A stretch of 64,000 bases of DNA from Opitutales bacterium (GTDB lineage: Bacteria > Verrucomicrobiota > Verrucomicrobiia > Opitutales > PNEW01). The stretch lies in contig CBDANS010000007.1 of the NCBI GenBank assembly GCA_965197745.1, forward strand, positions 1,280,001 to 1,344,000. Direction: 5' to 3'. Positions 20,966 through 31,536 of the stretch are shown piece after piece. Position numbers and translations under genes: made by a program. Within the stretch, counting starts at the first letter, position 1; every line of letters begins with the position of its first letter. Below the pieces are notes generated by a model. The model was given only the letters and a program-made list of their open reading frames with translations. It was not told the origin of the DNA and searched no databases.

Positions 20966-23167
20966 ATGCCATGTTCAGACGCAGAACAATCAGAAGCCGG
21001 TAGGGCGGAAATATCGCCGAGCGACCCCGTGCAAGCGGGCAGTTGGGGAACTTGGACGATAAGCTACAAGGTGCCGTCCGAGGGCATTGATGATGGGGGA
21101 TCCATTCGTATCGCTTTTCGATTTGCCAGTGATTGGGCGATCCCTCAATTGGAAAATCCAGCAGGTGACCATTACTTAAAAGTGACCGCTTCACGAAGTG
21201 AGACAAAGCTGATATGCAGTTGGAGAGCACGGGCTCATATCCGGCCGTATCAGCCCCATCTTTTCATAGAAATTCTCGACGCTCCTCTCGAATCGGGAGA
21301 TGAAATTACAATTATATACGGCGACACTTCCGGTGGGGGTAAGGGGACAAGAGCCCAGACCTTCGTTCAAGATGTGTTCGATTTTCAGATCGTTGTGGAC
21401 TGTCTGGGAACGGGTATCTATGAAAGCGTTAAAGATAACCCCGCACTGGAAATAGTTCCGGGAGATTCCCACCGCCTGGTCGTTCTTGCTACCGGTGATG
21501 GGTCAGCTGTTCACCCCGCAAAAGTTCTGGTCCGGGGTGAAGATATTTGGGGTAATGCGGTAAAAAATGATATTCCCGGTTCCGTTACCTTAAATCACTC
21601 AGGACCGGAAAATAATTTACCGGATGAGATTATACTGAATGGAGGATCGCATCGCTTCCCCGTTGTGGAATGCAAGGAGGATGGCATTCTGAGGATAGAG
21701 GCGGCGCATCCTCTACTGGGGGTAGCCGAATCGGGACCATTGATCATTGACCGAAAAAGGGAACTTCACAATTTCTGGGGTGACCTTCATGGGCAGAGCG
21801 GTGAAACGGTAGGGACGAATACTGCCGAGCAGTATTTTAAATACGCCAGGGACGCATCACTCTGTGATTTCGCAGGTCACCAGGGAAATGATTTTCAAAT
21901 TACGGATGAATTCTGGAATGAGATCAACCGGCTTGCGCGAGACCTGACTGATGAAGGAAAATTTATTGTTTTTCCGGGGTATGAATGGTCGGGGCTGACT
22001 CCTGTCGGGGGAGACCGCAATGTCCTGTTTCTCGATGAGGACCAGGTTATCCGTAGGTCTTCGACCGTTCTTGTAAAAGGGCAAAGCGAACAATTGGACG
22101 GGACTCCACTGCCGGATGTATACAAGGCTCTCAAAGAATCAGGGAGTGAATGCATCCTTATTCCTCACATCGGTGGCCGACGGGCGAACCTGAATTATTT
22201 TGACCCTGAGTTCGAACCGATAGTCGAAGTTCACTCCTGCTGGGGCAGCTTTGATTGGTTTTATCACGATGCTCTCCGACGCGGATATCGCGTAGGAGTA
22301 ATTGCCAACAGTGATGGGCACAAAGGACGCCCCGGGGCCGAGCATGCCGGAGCCGGTAAGTTCGGTGTATTCGGTGGCCTGACTTGTATCCTCGCGGAGA
22401 AATTCAACCGACCATCACTCTTTTCTGCTCTTAAATCCCGAAGATGTTACGGGACATCGGGACTACGGATTGTGGTTAATGCGAAACTGATGGGTCAGGC
22501 GATTGGAAGTGATTTGTCATCAGGCGTTGGGGCGTTGCCCCTTTCCGTTGAGGTGATCGGTACTGCTGCGATTGAAAAAATTGAGCTTCTCGCTGCCGGG
22601 CACAAAGTTAATTCCTGGGAGGGGAGTCCTTATGAGGATCGGCCCCAAAATATGATTCGTATACGTTGGACGGGTGCGCGCATCCTGAACCGGAACCGGG
22701 CGACTGACTGGAACGGCTCGTTAATAATTGAGGATAACAGGATAGCAGGAATTGAAGGCTTCGCATTTGATTCTCCCTCGGAAGGAATCCAGGATTGGAG
22801 CGGGAAGGGGGTGACATGGAAAAGTATTACTACCGGAGACGAAGATGGTCTTGTCCTTACCCTGGAAAAAGAAAGCGCAGGGCTCATTCATTTCGATTCG
22901 GGTCCGGTCAAGTGTCAGGTATCCTTTGATGAATTATTAAACGGACCCTGTGTGAAAGAAGCGGGAGGTGTAGGACAGAAAGTAATTTTTGAGTTAGCGC
23001 CAGCAAAGGATCAAATGGCCAGTGAAGTAACCTGGCAGGATAATATTACTCCTCATGAATTAGATGCTGTGGATGGCGTAGTCCCATTGCACCTGCGTGT
23101 TATTCAAGTAGATGGTCATCGCGCCTGGACCAGTCCCTGGTTCGTTCGATTGCGAAATGCGGAATGA
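20966..23167 (+). CDS. DUF3604-like PHP-type metallohydrolase
   Basis: WGDLHGQS, PGYEWS, IPHIGG, NSDGHKGRPG. Confidence 0.75.
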   Translation: MPCSDAEQSEAGRAEISPSDPVQAGSWGTWTISYKVPSEGIDDGGSIRIAFRFASDWAIPQLENPAGDHYLKVTASRSETKLICSWRARAHIRPYQPHLFIEILDAPLESGDEITIIYGDTSGGGKGTRAQTFVQDVFDFQIVVDCLGTGIYESVKDNPALEIVPGDSHRLVVLATGDGSAVHPAKVLVRGEDIWGNAVKNDIPGSVTLNHSGPENNLPDEIILNGGSHRFPVVECKEDGILRIEAAHPLLGVAESGPLIIDRKRELHNFWGDLHGQSGETVGTNTAEQYFKYARDASLCDFAGHQGNDFQITDEFWNEINRLARDLTDEGKFIVFPGYEWSGLTPVGGDRNVLFLDEDQVIRRSSTVLVKGQSEQLDGTPLPDVYKALKESGSECILIPHIGGRRANLNYFDPEFEPIVEVHSCWGSFDWFYHDALRRGYRVGVIANSDGHKGRPGAEHAGAGKFGVFGGLTCILAEKFNRPSLFSALKSRRCYGTSGLRIVVNAKLMGQAIGSDLSSGVGALPLSVEVIGTAAIEKIELLAAGHKVNSWEGSPYEDRPQNMIRIRWTGARILNRNRATDWNGSLIIEDNRIAGIEGFAFDSPSEGIQDWSGKGVTWKSITTGDEDGLVLTLEKESAGLIHFDSGPVKCQVSFDELLNGPCVKEAGGVGQKVIFELAPAKDQMASEVTWQDNITPHELDAVDGVVPLHLRVIQVDGHRAWTSPWFVRLRNAE

Positions 23168-23241
23168 CCGATAGCGGATTTGATTCAACCGCTGTCTCTC
23201 CGCTATGACATAGCAGAATTAACAGTGAATAATAATCATTT

Positions 23242-23750
23242 CACCGCAGAGACGCGGAGGACGCCAAGTTATAGAATAATAAAATAAGATTATTGTCGGG
23301 TAATAATACTTCTCTGCGATCTCAGCACCTCAGCGGTTGCTATCAATCTTCCTGTTGTCATCGCGAGGCTGCTTGTCAGCCGTGGCGATCCAGGCGTCTA
23401 TCAATACGTGGTCGGCATATGCCTGGTATGGAAGATGTCGATACGCTATGGTATACCAGAGGTAACAGTGAATAATAATCAGTTCACCGCAGAGGCGCGG
23501 ATGAATCAGTGAACAGTAAACAGTGAACCGTGAACAGTAGAGAAATTAAATATGATCGCTATTGTATCCTCTATTGTCATTGCGAGGAGCAACGCAATGA
23601 CTAAAGAATGAATAAGCTGTATATGCTTAATATCCAATTCCAGGTTGCACACCTATTGTAAGTGCTAATCACGTTCGGTAAATAGGTGGAGAAATAAGGT
23701 CAATATGCTTTAACTAGAAACATTTGTATTCTCAGCGTCTCTGCGGTTAC
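23242..23750. repeat. Intergenic mosaic of CACCGCAGAGACGC-type palindromes, TGTCAT(T/C)GCGAG arms and CAGTGAA heptamers
   Basis: Arms near 23242/23312, 23355, 23485, 23575 and 23730; heptamers at 23507-23540. Confidence 0.65.
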
Positions 23751-23776
23751 TATTAATAATTAAACAGCTCGACAGT

Positions 23777-25450
23777 TTATTCACTATAAAAAAACTGGAA
23801 GGCATATAAACTGGCTTCCAACAAATGGAAACAAAGCCGGACTGGTTTGTTCCACAATGCGCTTACATCCGTCTTGCCCCGCCAGGTGACTTTGTGCCAG
23901 ATCTGCCCTTTGGGAGCGTGAACAGGATCGCAGTTCTTTGCGGAAAAACCTGCGTAGGGCTCGAACTTGGAGTCTAAAATTTCCACGCGAATGAAGCCAT
24001 AGTCACAGTCGGCATTAATCATCAGTGAGTCCCCTTCGAAGACGAACTGTTTTGTATAAACCTTCCCCTGTTCATAGGTCGGTTTGAGTTTTGCCCAGCC
24101 GTCTTCGCGCAGGATCAAACCGCCAATCGCTCGCTGAAGCTGGAGTTCGGGTCGCACCTGATTCATCATCGGATTGCCGATACCGTGTTGAGTGAGTGCT
24201 TCCACGTGTTCTCTGGATGCTTGGGCTGATGCTGCCGGGACATGATCGGCCGTGCCAGCCGGTCGGGTATCGCGTTGTTTGTAGGGGAAAGCGGAGTAGG
24301 GGATAACTATCTGACCGTTGTGTAAAAGATTGCCGGCGACCGAATGACAACAGTAGCCGTAGTCCTGGCTTCCGGGGTCACCGTTATCACCCCAGGGCTG
24401 GTACCCATCGGCGCGTACGAAATTCGTGCCGTCACGGCTGACGTAAAGGGCAGCCTTGGTGTGAAACTGGTCATGCTGATTGCTCCCATCGCGATTGAGC
24501 AGCCACTGATGTTCCCCATGTGCCTCGTCGACTATACCGATGTAGAGACTGCCTTCTTTGCGTATCGACATGGTGTGGAGTTCGACGTTTGGCCCCAGAT
24601 TGGGATCCCACTCACTCGAAAGGATCACCTTTTTAGGCGACCATTTGATAAAGTCCTCGCTCTCTTGAAGACCGATCGTTCGCAGATGATTATGGCTCCA
24701 GGCGTGTGAGTGTTGAGAATAACCCAGCCACATCTGTTGCGACTCATCCCAGATCACTCGCATTTGATGGTGATGTCGAAAGGAAGTGGAGTCGCTGATC
24801 ACCTGCCAGTGGATACCGTCGGGTGAAGCAGAAACGCGTGACATCACCCGTTCACTACGCTTGAAAGCTTCCGCTCCGGGATTGTAGACGGCAAGAAATT
24901 TCTTGCTGGGATCGCTGCGGTCTGGATTGAGGACTAGGGTCCCATTATCAAAATCAGTTGCGACGATATTCGTCTTGGTCTCATTTTCGAAGGGCTGACA
25001 ATCAGACGACAGCGGTTTCGTCCAATGAATGGCATCCTCAGATTCGGCATAGCAGAGGACGACGCGGGTACCATCGGCAAAATTGGTGTTGCCGCTGACC
25101 AGCGTCTTGTACCACATTTTGAATAGTCCATCATCGGGGTCTTTTAAGGCTGCAGCACATACGCAGGTCCAGTGATAGCGCTCCCAGGGCAGGTCGGTGT
25201 ATTCGATCAGGGGCTCAGATTTTTGGGGTCGGACGACGACGCGTTCTACGCCATCGAAATCAGCGAGAATAAAATTATCGAGAAGGAGCTGTTTATCGGT
25301 CCCGATGTGGGTAAAAGGCAGTTCGTAAGGTGGATTAAAATAGGGGTAGGTCGCCTTTTCGACCGGACGCTTCTGGGACCAGGTTTCATCCATACAACGT
25401 TTCAGATCGAGGGTTTCGGTGGGGCTTTTAGGTTCAGGCAGACGGGTCAT
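23777..25450 (-). CDS. Beta-propeller glycoside-hydrolase-like hypothetical protein (GH32/43/130-like fold)
   Basis: FKMWY, YAESEDAIHWTKP, SPDGIHW repeats, LREDGW and C-terminal beta-sandwich. Confidence 0.65.
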   Translation of the reverse strand: MTRLPEPKSPTETLDLKRCMDETWSQKRPVEKATYPYFNPPYELPFTHIGTDKQLLLDNFILADFDGVERVVVRPQKSEPLIEYTDLPWERYHWTCVCAAALKDPDDGLFKMWYKTLVSGNTNFADGTRVVLCYAESEDAIHWTKPLSSDCQPFENETKTNIVATDFDNGTLVLNPDRSDPSKKFLAVYNPGAEAFKRSERVMSRVSASPDGIHWQVISDSTSFRHHHQMRVIWDESQQMWLGYSQHSHAWSHNHLRTIGLQESEDFIKWSPKKVILSSEWDPNLGPNVELHTMSIRKEGSLYIGIVDEAHGEHQWLLNRDGSNQHDQFHTKAALYVSRDGTNFVRADGYQPWGDNGDPGSQDYGYCCHSVAGNLLHNGQIVIPYSAFPYKQRDTRPAGTADHVPAASAQASREHVEALTQHGIGNPMMNQVRPELQLQRAIGGLILREDGWAKLKPTYEQGKVYTKQFVFEGDSLMINADCDYGFIRVEILDSKFEPYAGFSAKNCDPVHAPKGQIWHKVTWRGKTDVSALWNKPVRLCFHLLEASLYAFQFFYSE

Positions 25451-25656
25451 GGATATCCTTTGGGTTATTGTTGGATCAAGTTATTGTTAGCCGGATCTGA
25501 CTAAAATCGTCTTTGAGAGAAATCAACAACATTTGTCTTTGATTCGTTGCTCTGGTAAGCTTCCCATTGTTGAAGGTGAGCATCACTGGCTTTATTATGA
25601 CACAGCTTGTGTCTTTGGTGTATTAGTTTTATGTCGAATAGCTACAACCTTCTATT

Positions 25657-25927
25657 TGTCATTGCGAGAGAGGTTATTAGCCGAACGCGGCAATCCAGGG
25701 AGATGTCAAAACGCGTCCGATATTCCCCTGGAGTGATAGATGTCCATCTGTCGTACGAGAATAATGACGACAGAATAAATTAATGACAAAAAGAATAAAT
25801 CGATAATCGATAAGAGCAAAGTAAACACTTACATTCAGGGTCCAATATCAAGCAACCGACTATTCGCCTGGAATGTAAGATGTCGCTGCGCTCGGTAGTC
25901 GCGTCGCGTTGCTCCTCGCAATGACAA
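25657..25927. repeat. TGTCATTGCGAG-family REP-like palindromes; the right arm carries a 23-bp micro-insert (25875..25897)
   Basis: TGTCATTGCGAG at 25657 and CTCGCAATGACA ending at 25926. Confidence 0.7.
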
Positions 25928-26097
25928 TGGGTGGAGGAGCTACTTGTCCGATATAATACCGCACTCAAGACTACACAGGGATATCTGACGACGAAGATTA
26001 TTGCTAAACCTGGTTATACTGGTAACTAAGCATTGGCTTATAATTTTATAAAACCGAAGACCACCAGCTTCAAAAAACCCCCGGTCGGTAAAAAGTC

Positions 26098-28134
26098 ATG
26101 GAACTAATCAGATTCAGCAGCTACCGGATTCATATTATTATGGTGATGGCAATCACCGCTGTTTTTTTTGGCTGCAGCAGGAACCATGACGCTCAGTCAA
26201 CAGGCGAACCGGGCAAACCTGGTGGAGCCGTGGTCAGCACCGAAGGGTTCAGTTTTATTTATAAAGGTTCACTTCCCACCTCATTCAGCGAAGCGCCAGA
26301 ATTGGCAAAGCGTGTTGCCGCGGGGGAGTTGCCGCCGGTTGAAGATCGCATACCGGAAGAACCGTTGATTATTCCCCCTATCGAACGCATCGGCCAGTAC
26401 GGTGGCATCTGGCGACGTGGTTTCACGGGTCGAGCTGATCGCAACAACTTCGACCGTATAGTCCATGACCATTTAATTTACTTTGACTTCGACGGCTACA
26501 CCCTGGTCCCCCATATCGCTAAATCTTGGGAGATCAGTGAAGACGGGACTACTTTCACTTTCCACTTACGCGAGGGCATGAAGTGGTCTGATGGGGCCCC
26601 GTTCACGGCTGACGACTTTGTCTTCGCCTTCGAAGATGTGACCTTGAATGATAATATCAACCCGGTAAAACACATCTACTTTAAGACAGATGGAAAACTG
26701 TTCAAAGTGGAAAAGTTAAATGAGAACACGGTTCGTTATACCTTTCAAATACCGAACTATATGTTCACCGAGAATGTTGCTGGATTAGCTATTGGGGGCC
26801 AGTTCATTCGCCAATGGGGTAGCCCACTGTTTGCCCCCCGCCATTACCTGATGCAGTTTCTTCCGAAGTATACCTCCACAAGTGAACTGAATAATAAAGT
26901 GAAGGCCTCTGGAGATAAAAGCTGGGTGCAACTCTTTATGCGTATGGCTTCCCCTCACGAGAACCGTGATTTGCCGGTGGTCGCGCCCTGGAAGATGGTA
27001 ACACCGATAACCACTGATGTTTACTCTTTGGAGCGTAACCCCTATTACTTTGCGGTGGATCCCCAGGGAAATCAACTCCCCTATATCGATAAGATTGTCA
27101 GCCACCTGAGTGAGGACTTGGAGGTATTCAATGCGCGCGTGATGACCGGTGAAGTGGACATGCAGCACCGACATGTCATGTTGGATAAGGTTCCTGTGCT
27201 AAAGCGCGAAGCAGCAAGAAATAATTACCGCGTGCTCATCTGGCCTAATTCAGGAGGATCAGACGCCGCGATCATTATTAATCAAACCTGGGAGGGGGAC
27301 CTGGAAATAGAAAAACGGCTTCGAGACCGTGATTTTCGGATTGCCCTTTCTCTTGCCATCGATCGGGAGGAAATAAATGAATCAATATTTCTGGGCATGG
27401 GTAATCCAAGAGCCTACGTGGCCACTCCGAATAATGAGTATTATCCCGGCCCTGAATATGAAAAAAAATACGCGGTGCGCGATCTGCATAAAGCCAATGA
27501 GATCCTCGATAAATCAGGCCTCGAGAGAAGAGACCGCGAGGAGTACCGCCTGCGGACTGACAATAATGAACGGCTTATTATCACCCTCTCAGTTTTGAGG
27601 CAGGCGATGGTAAATTTTGAAGGTGTAGCTGAATTACTCGTGAACCACTGGAAGGATATCGGCATAAATATTCATTTAAGTGTTGAAGAGCGAAGTTACT
27701 ATAGCAGACGCGGATCGACCAATAAACATCAGCTTAGCATGTGGGTATCAGGTGGAACGGCAAATCCCTGGACTTCCGGGTCGCTGACCTGTCCCATTGG
27801 TAATGGTGGTTTCGCCCCACTCATCGGCACCTGGTATTTAAATGACGGTCAAAAGGGTGTAGCCCCTGCCGGCGATCTTAAACGATTACTGGAAATATTT
27901 GAGGAAGGCAACAGGATCCCCAGAAATTTGCGAATGGAACTGGGTAAAGAATTATGGAGAATTCATACTGATAACCTTTTTATGATTGGGACCGTTGGGC
28001 AATCTCCGGCCATGAACGGCGTTGTCGTGGTGAAAAATAATTTCCGCAATGTACCGGATGTCGCTCCTAACAGCTCACGAATACAAAACCCTGGCATCGC
28101 CCGACCCGAACAATTCTTTTTTGAGCGAGAGTGA
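26098..28134 (+). CDS. ABC transporter substrate-binding lipoprotein, family 5 (paralog 1)
   Basis: Lipobox FFGC; ELPPVEDRIPEEP, YGG, LREGMKWSDGAPFTADD, GNQLPYID. Confidence 0.92.
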   Translation: MELIRFSSYRIHIIMVMAITAVFFGCSRNHDAQSTGEPGKPGGAVVSTEGFSFIYKGSLPTSFSEAPELAKRVAAGELPPVEDRIPEEPLIIPPIERIGQYGGIWRRGFTGRADRNNFDRIVHDHLIYFDFDGYTLVPHIAKSWEISEDGTTFTFHLREGMKWSDGAPFTADDFVFAFEDVTLNDNINPVKHIYFKTDGKLFKVEKLNENTVRYTFQIPNYMFTENVAGLAIGGQFIRQWGSPLFAPRHYLMQFLPKYTSTSELNNKVKASGDKSWVQLFMRMASPHENRDLPVVAPWKMVTPITTDVYSLERNPYYFAVDPQGNQLPYIDKIVSHLSEDLEVFNARVMTGEVDMQHRHVMLDKVPVLKREAARNNYRVLIWPNSGGSDAAIIINQTWEGDLEIEKRLRDRDFRIALSLAIDREEINESIFLGMGNPRAYVATPNNEYYPGPEYEKKYAVRDLHKANEILDKSGLERRDREEYRLRTDNNERLIITLSVLRQAMVNFEGVAELLVNHWKDIGINIHLSVEERSYYSRRGSTNKHQLSMWVSGGTANPWTSGSLTCPIGNGGFAPLIGTWYLNDGQKGVAPAGDLKRLLEIFEEGNRIPRNLRMELGKELWRIHTDNLFMIGTVGQSPAMNGVVVVKNNFRNVPDVAPNSSRIQNPGIARPEQFFFERE

Positions 28135-28141
28135 TCGGTGG

Positions 28142-28273
28142 CGAGTGTCGAGTGTCGAGTGTCGAGTGTCGAGTGTCGAGTGTCGAGTGTCGAGTGTCGA
28201 GTGTCGAGTGTCGAGTGTCGAGTGTCGAGTGTCGAGTGTCGAGTGTCGAGTGTCGAGTGTCGAGTGTCGAGTG
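28142..28273 (+). repeat. Perfect heptamer tandem repeat (CGAGTGT)x18 plus partial unit
   Basis: Directly visible; starts 8 bp after the SBP stop codon. Confidence 0.98.
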
Positions 28274-28312
28274 AACAGTCGTTTTCTTTCTAACATATTT
28301 CAGAGATTATTA

Positions 28313-28404
28313 CATCATATATTATGCCAATGGTGGAGCGGGCTGCCTGACGGCCATAGTCCCGCCACCGCGGGACGACGGCTGTTCCCAAGCACGCTTC
28401 TTCA
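28313..28404 (+). repeat. About 90-bp post-SBP repeat, copy 1 (copy 2 near 31420..31510), with nested hairpin insert
   Basis: catatattatgccaatggtggagcgggctgcctgacggccatagtcccgcc..gcgggacgacggctgttccc.agcacgcttcttca occurs twice. Confidence 0.9.
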
Positions 28405-28494
28405 TGATTACTTATTATAAACGCCGCGTTCCACCTATATATTATAGTAAATATCTGTCTGGCCGAATATGAAGATTTAATAATAAATGCTATC

Positions 28495-28697
28495 AACCCC
28501 GGAGGGGTGTGATAAATGTAACCCACAGCGCGAGCTGTGGGAGATTTAAACGTTAAAATAATAAAGCCCCAGCGGGGTGACACAAAATATCTTCCGACTG
28601 TAATTGTGTCGCCCCTCTGGGGCTCTGGGTTAAATAATATCTCTCAACCACACAGCTTACGCTGTGGGCTAAGCATTTACCGCCCCTCTGGGGCTGT
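28495..28697. repeat. REPIN-like large palindrome built from CCCC-N-GGGG hairpins
   Basis: ccccggagggg / cccacagc..gctgtggg / gccccagcggggtgacacaa mirrored by ttgtgtcgcccctctggggc. Confidence 0.7.
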
Positions 28698-29038
28698 GAG
28701 ATTTATGTGTATATTTATATGGGAGAATAAATGGATGATTCTAAGTTTATTGATTATCTTAATTATACTGATAACTAACAATGACGAAACATTTACATTA
28801 TAACCTGCCCATATGTGTTTTTTTTTCTTCTTTCAAATTATACACCTATTATCATCGCGAGGCTGTTTATCAGCCGTGGCGATCCAGGGGAATAGTCATT
28901 ATGCTTACACATACTGGACTTCAGTGAACAGATCACCGCAGAGACGCTGAGTAAATGGATCCATTATGCAAGGTGCAGGATTCAAGGACAGTGATCAGTT
29001 ATCAGTAATACCTCAGTGGTTACAATCAATTCACCTAT

Positions 29039-29172
29039 TGTCATCGCGAGGTTGCTGGGCAACCGTGGCGATCCAGGGGAATGTCAATACGTGACCGGCA
29101 TTCCCTTGGAATGAAAGCTGTCGGGCTTCGCCCTCGATAACCGCAGTCGGCTACGCCTCCTTCGCAATGACA
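29039..29172. repeat. Complete TGTCAT(C/T)GCGA palindromic element with a 27-bp micro-insert in the right arm (29113..29139)
   Basis: TGTCATCGCGAGG ... CCTTCGCAATGACA termini. Confidence 0.75.
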
Positions 29173-29318
29173 AGTAGAAGACTGAGAATATGAAAATGAC
29201 ATTGTAGTGAATAGTTGAATATACATATACGAAGATTATTGCCAATCGAATATATACTGATAACTAACAATAGTTCTAATATTCATTATACGATGTCACG
29301 TCAGGTCTATTAAGCGAT

Positions 29319-31352
29319 ATGGTGATAAACAATTTCAGCAGCAGTCGGATGCCGGGCACACTAATGATGATGGCAATCATAATTGCCGTATTGGGCTGCA
29401 GCGGAAATAGTAATACCCCACCAGCAAATGAATCGGATATGGTAGAACGGACCGCGGTCAGTACCGAAGACTTCAGCTTTATCTATAAGGGGCCGCCACC
29501 GACCACCTTCAGTGAAGCGCCGGAACTGGCGGAGCGCGTGGCAGCGGGGGAATTGCCGCCTGTTGAAGAGCGGCTACCCGAAGAGCCGTTAATTATTCCG
29601 CCCATCGAGCGCATTGGACAATACGGTGGAACCTGGCGACGAGGATTCACGGGGTATGACACTAACAACGTCGACCGAATAATTCATGACCACGTGATTT
29701 ACTTCGACATCGATGGTTACACTCTCATGCCTCACATCGCTAAAGGATGGGAAATCAGTGAAGACGGGACAACATTCACTTTCCATCTGCGCCGGGGCAT
29801 GAAGTGGTCTGATGGAGCCCCGTTCACAGCCGATGACTTTGTCTTCGCTTTCGAAGAAGTGATTTTGAATGATGATATCAACCTGGCAAAACCCAGTTAC
29901 GCAAAAGCGGATGGGCAACTGTGCAAAGTAGAAAAGTTGGATGAGACCACCGTTCGTTATACCTTTCATAAACCCAACTATGTGTTCATCGAGAATGCTG
30001 GTGGTTTAAAAATAGGTGGCCAGTTCGTTCAAGGTGGGAATCATCCACCCTACGCACCCCGGCATTATTTAAGGCAGTTTCTCCCGAAGTATACCCCCTT
30101 AAGTGATCTGAAAAGTAAAACAAAAGTGAAAGGGTTGAGAAGCTGGGTGGAACTATTCAAACACATGGCTTCACCCCACAGAAACCCTGACTTACCGGTA
30201 GTCGGTGCCTGGAAATTGGTCACTTCGATAACGAGTGAAATATACTCTTTGGAACGCAACCCCTATTACTTTGCCGTCGATCCCGATGGGAATCAGCTTC
30301 CTTACATCGACAAGATTCTATTGCGCCGGTTTGAGGACGTGGAGGTGTTCAATGCACGCGTCATGGCCGGTGAGGTGGATATGCAACATCGTCATGTTCT
30401 TTTAGACAAAGTCCCTGTTCTCAAGCGTGAAGAAGACAAGGGTGATTACCGCTTACTTTTATGGCCTAATTTAGGAGGTTCCGACGGTTTCATCTATGTT
30501 AACCAAACCTGGAAGGGAGACCCGGAAATAGAAAAATGGCTGAGAAGCCGCGATTTTCGGATGGCCCTTTCGCTTGCCATTGATCGGGAGGAGATAAACG
30601 AATTGATTTTTCTGGGCATGGGTAGGCCGAGAGCTTTCCTTCCATTCCCCGATAACCCGTATTATCCCGGTCCTGAATATGAGAATAGGCATGCGGTTCG
30701 CGACTTGAAACAATCCAGCGCGATTCTCGACGCTGTCGGATTGAATAAGAAAGACAGTGAAGGATACCGCTTGCGTACTGACAATCAGGAACGTCTGGTC
30801 ATTAACATATCAGTACCTAGTCAGTCTTTGATTGATTTTGAAGGGATCGCTGAACTTTTCGTTAATCACTGGAAAGATGTCGGTCTTAAATTACATTTAA
30901 GCGTTGAAGGGGAAAGTTACCATGGCATACGCGCGGCAAACAATGAACTTCATCTTAGGATGTGGGTTTCCGGCGGTTCTGAAAATCCGTGGACTTACCC
31001 TAATATGACCATACCCATCTTTCGCGGTACCTTCGCGTCACTCATCGGATTATGGTATGAATCTAACGGTCGAAAGGGCGTAGCCCCTTACGGTGATCTT
31101 AAACGTTTGATAGAAATATTTGATGAAGGTAATGGCCTACCCAAAGCGATGCGAACGGAACTGGGTAAAGAAATATGGAGAATCCATTCAGACAATCTCT
31201 ATGTTATTGGCACCGTCGGCCAATCCCCGGCCATGAACGGCGTTGTCGTCGTAAAAAATAATTTTCGCAATGTTCCCGATGTCGCGCCTAACAGCGCAGC
31301 ATTGCAAACCCCGGGAATTGCCCGGCCCGAACAGTTCTTTTTTGAAAACTGA
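29319..31352 (+). CDS. ABC transporter substrate-binding lipoprotein, family 5 (paralog 2)
   Basis: Lipobox VLGC; colinear with and highly similar to 26098..28134. Confidence 0.92.
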   Translation: MVINNFSSSRMPGTLMMMAIIIAVLGCSGNSNTPPANESDMVERTAVSTEDFSFIYKGPPPTTFSEAPELAERVAAGELPPVEERLPEEPLIIPPIERIGQYGGTWRRGFTGYDTNNVDRIIHDHVIYFDIDGYTLMPHIAKGWEISEDGTTFTFHLRRGMKWSDGAPFTADDFVFAFEEVILNDDINLAKPSYAKADGQLCKVEKLDETTVRYTFHKPNYVFIENAGGLKIGGQFVQGGNHPPYAPRHYLRQFLPKYTPLSDLKSKTKVKGLRSWVELFKHMASPHRNPDLPVVGAWKLVTSITSEIYSLERNPYYFAVDPDGNQLPYIDKILLRRFEDVEVFNARVMAGEVDMQHRHVLLDKVPVLKREEDKGDYRLLLWPNLGGSDGFIYVNQTWKGDPEIEKWLRSRDFRMALSLAIDREEINELIFLGMGRPRAFLPFPDNPYYPGPEYENRHAVRDLKQSSAILDAVGLNKKDSEGYRLRTDNQERLVINISVPSQSLIDFEGIAELFVNHWKDVGLKLHLSVEGESYHGIRAANNELHLRMWVSGGSENPWTYPNMTIPIFRGTFASLIGLWYESNGRKGVAPYGDLKRLIEIFDEGNGLPKAMRTELGKEIWRIHSDNLYVIGTVGQSPAMNGVVVVKNNFRNVPDVAPNSAALQTPGIARPEQFFFEN

Positions 31353-31536
31353 CTTTATAATTATATACAATTAATCTTCGTCTTCGTCTTCTTCCCAACA
31401 AATATCAGACAATATTAACTTCATATATTATGCCAATGGTGGAGCGGGCTGCCTGACGGCCATAGTCCCGCCATCGCGGGACGACGGCTGTTCCCTAGCA
31501 CGCTTCTTCAATTACAATAATCTAATACACACCTAT

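Noticed and set aside
28344..28360. CCTGACGGCCATAG resembles a 5S rRNA 5' end
   Set aside because: Similarity stops after about 14 nt; the sequence is part of a hairpin insert.
28049..28420. ORFs with VSSVECR / TLDTRHS repeats, or a CRISPR-like array
   Set aside because: They are translations of the stop-free heptamer tract; there are no spacers and no cas genes.
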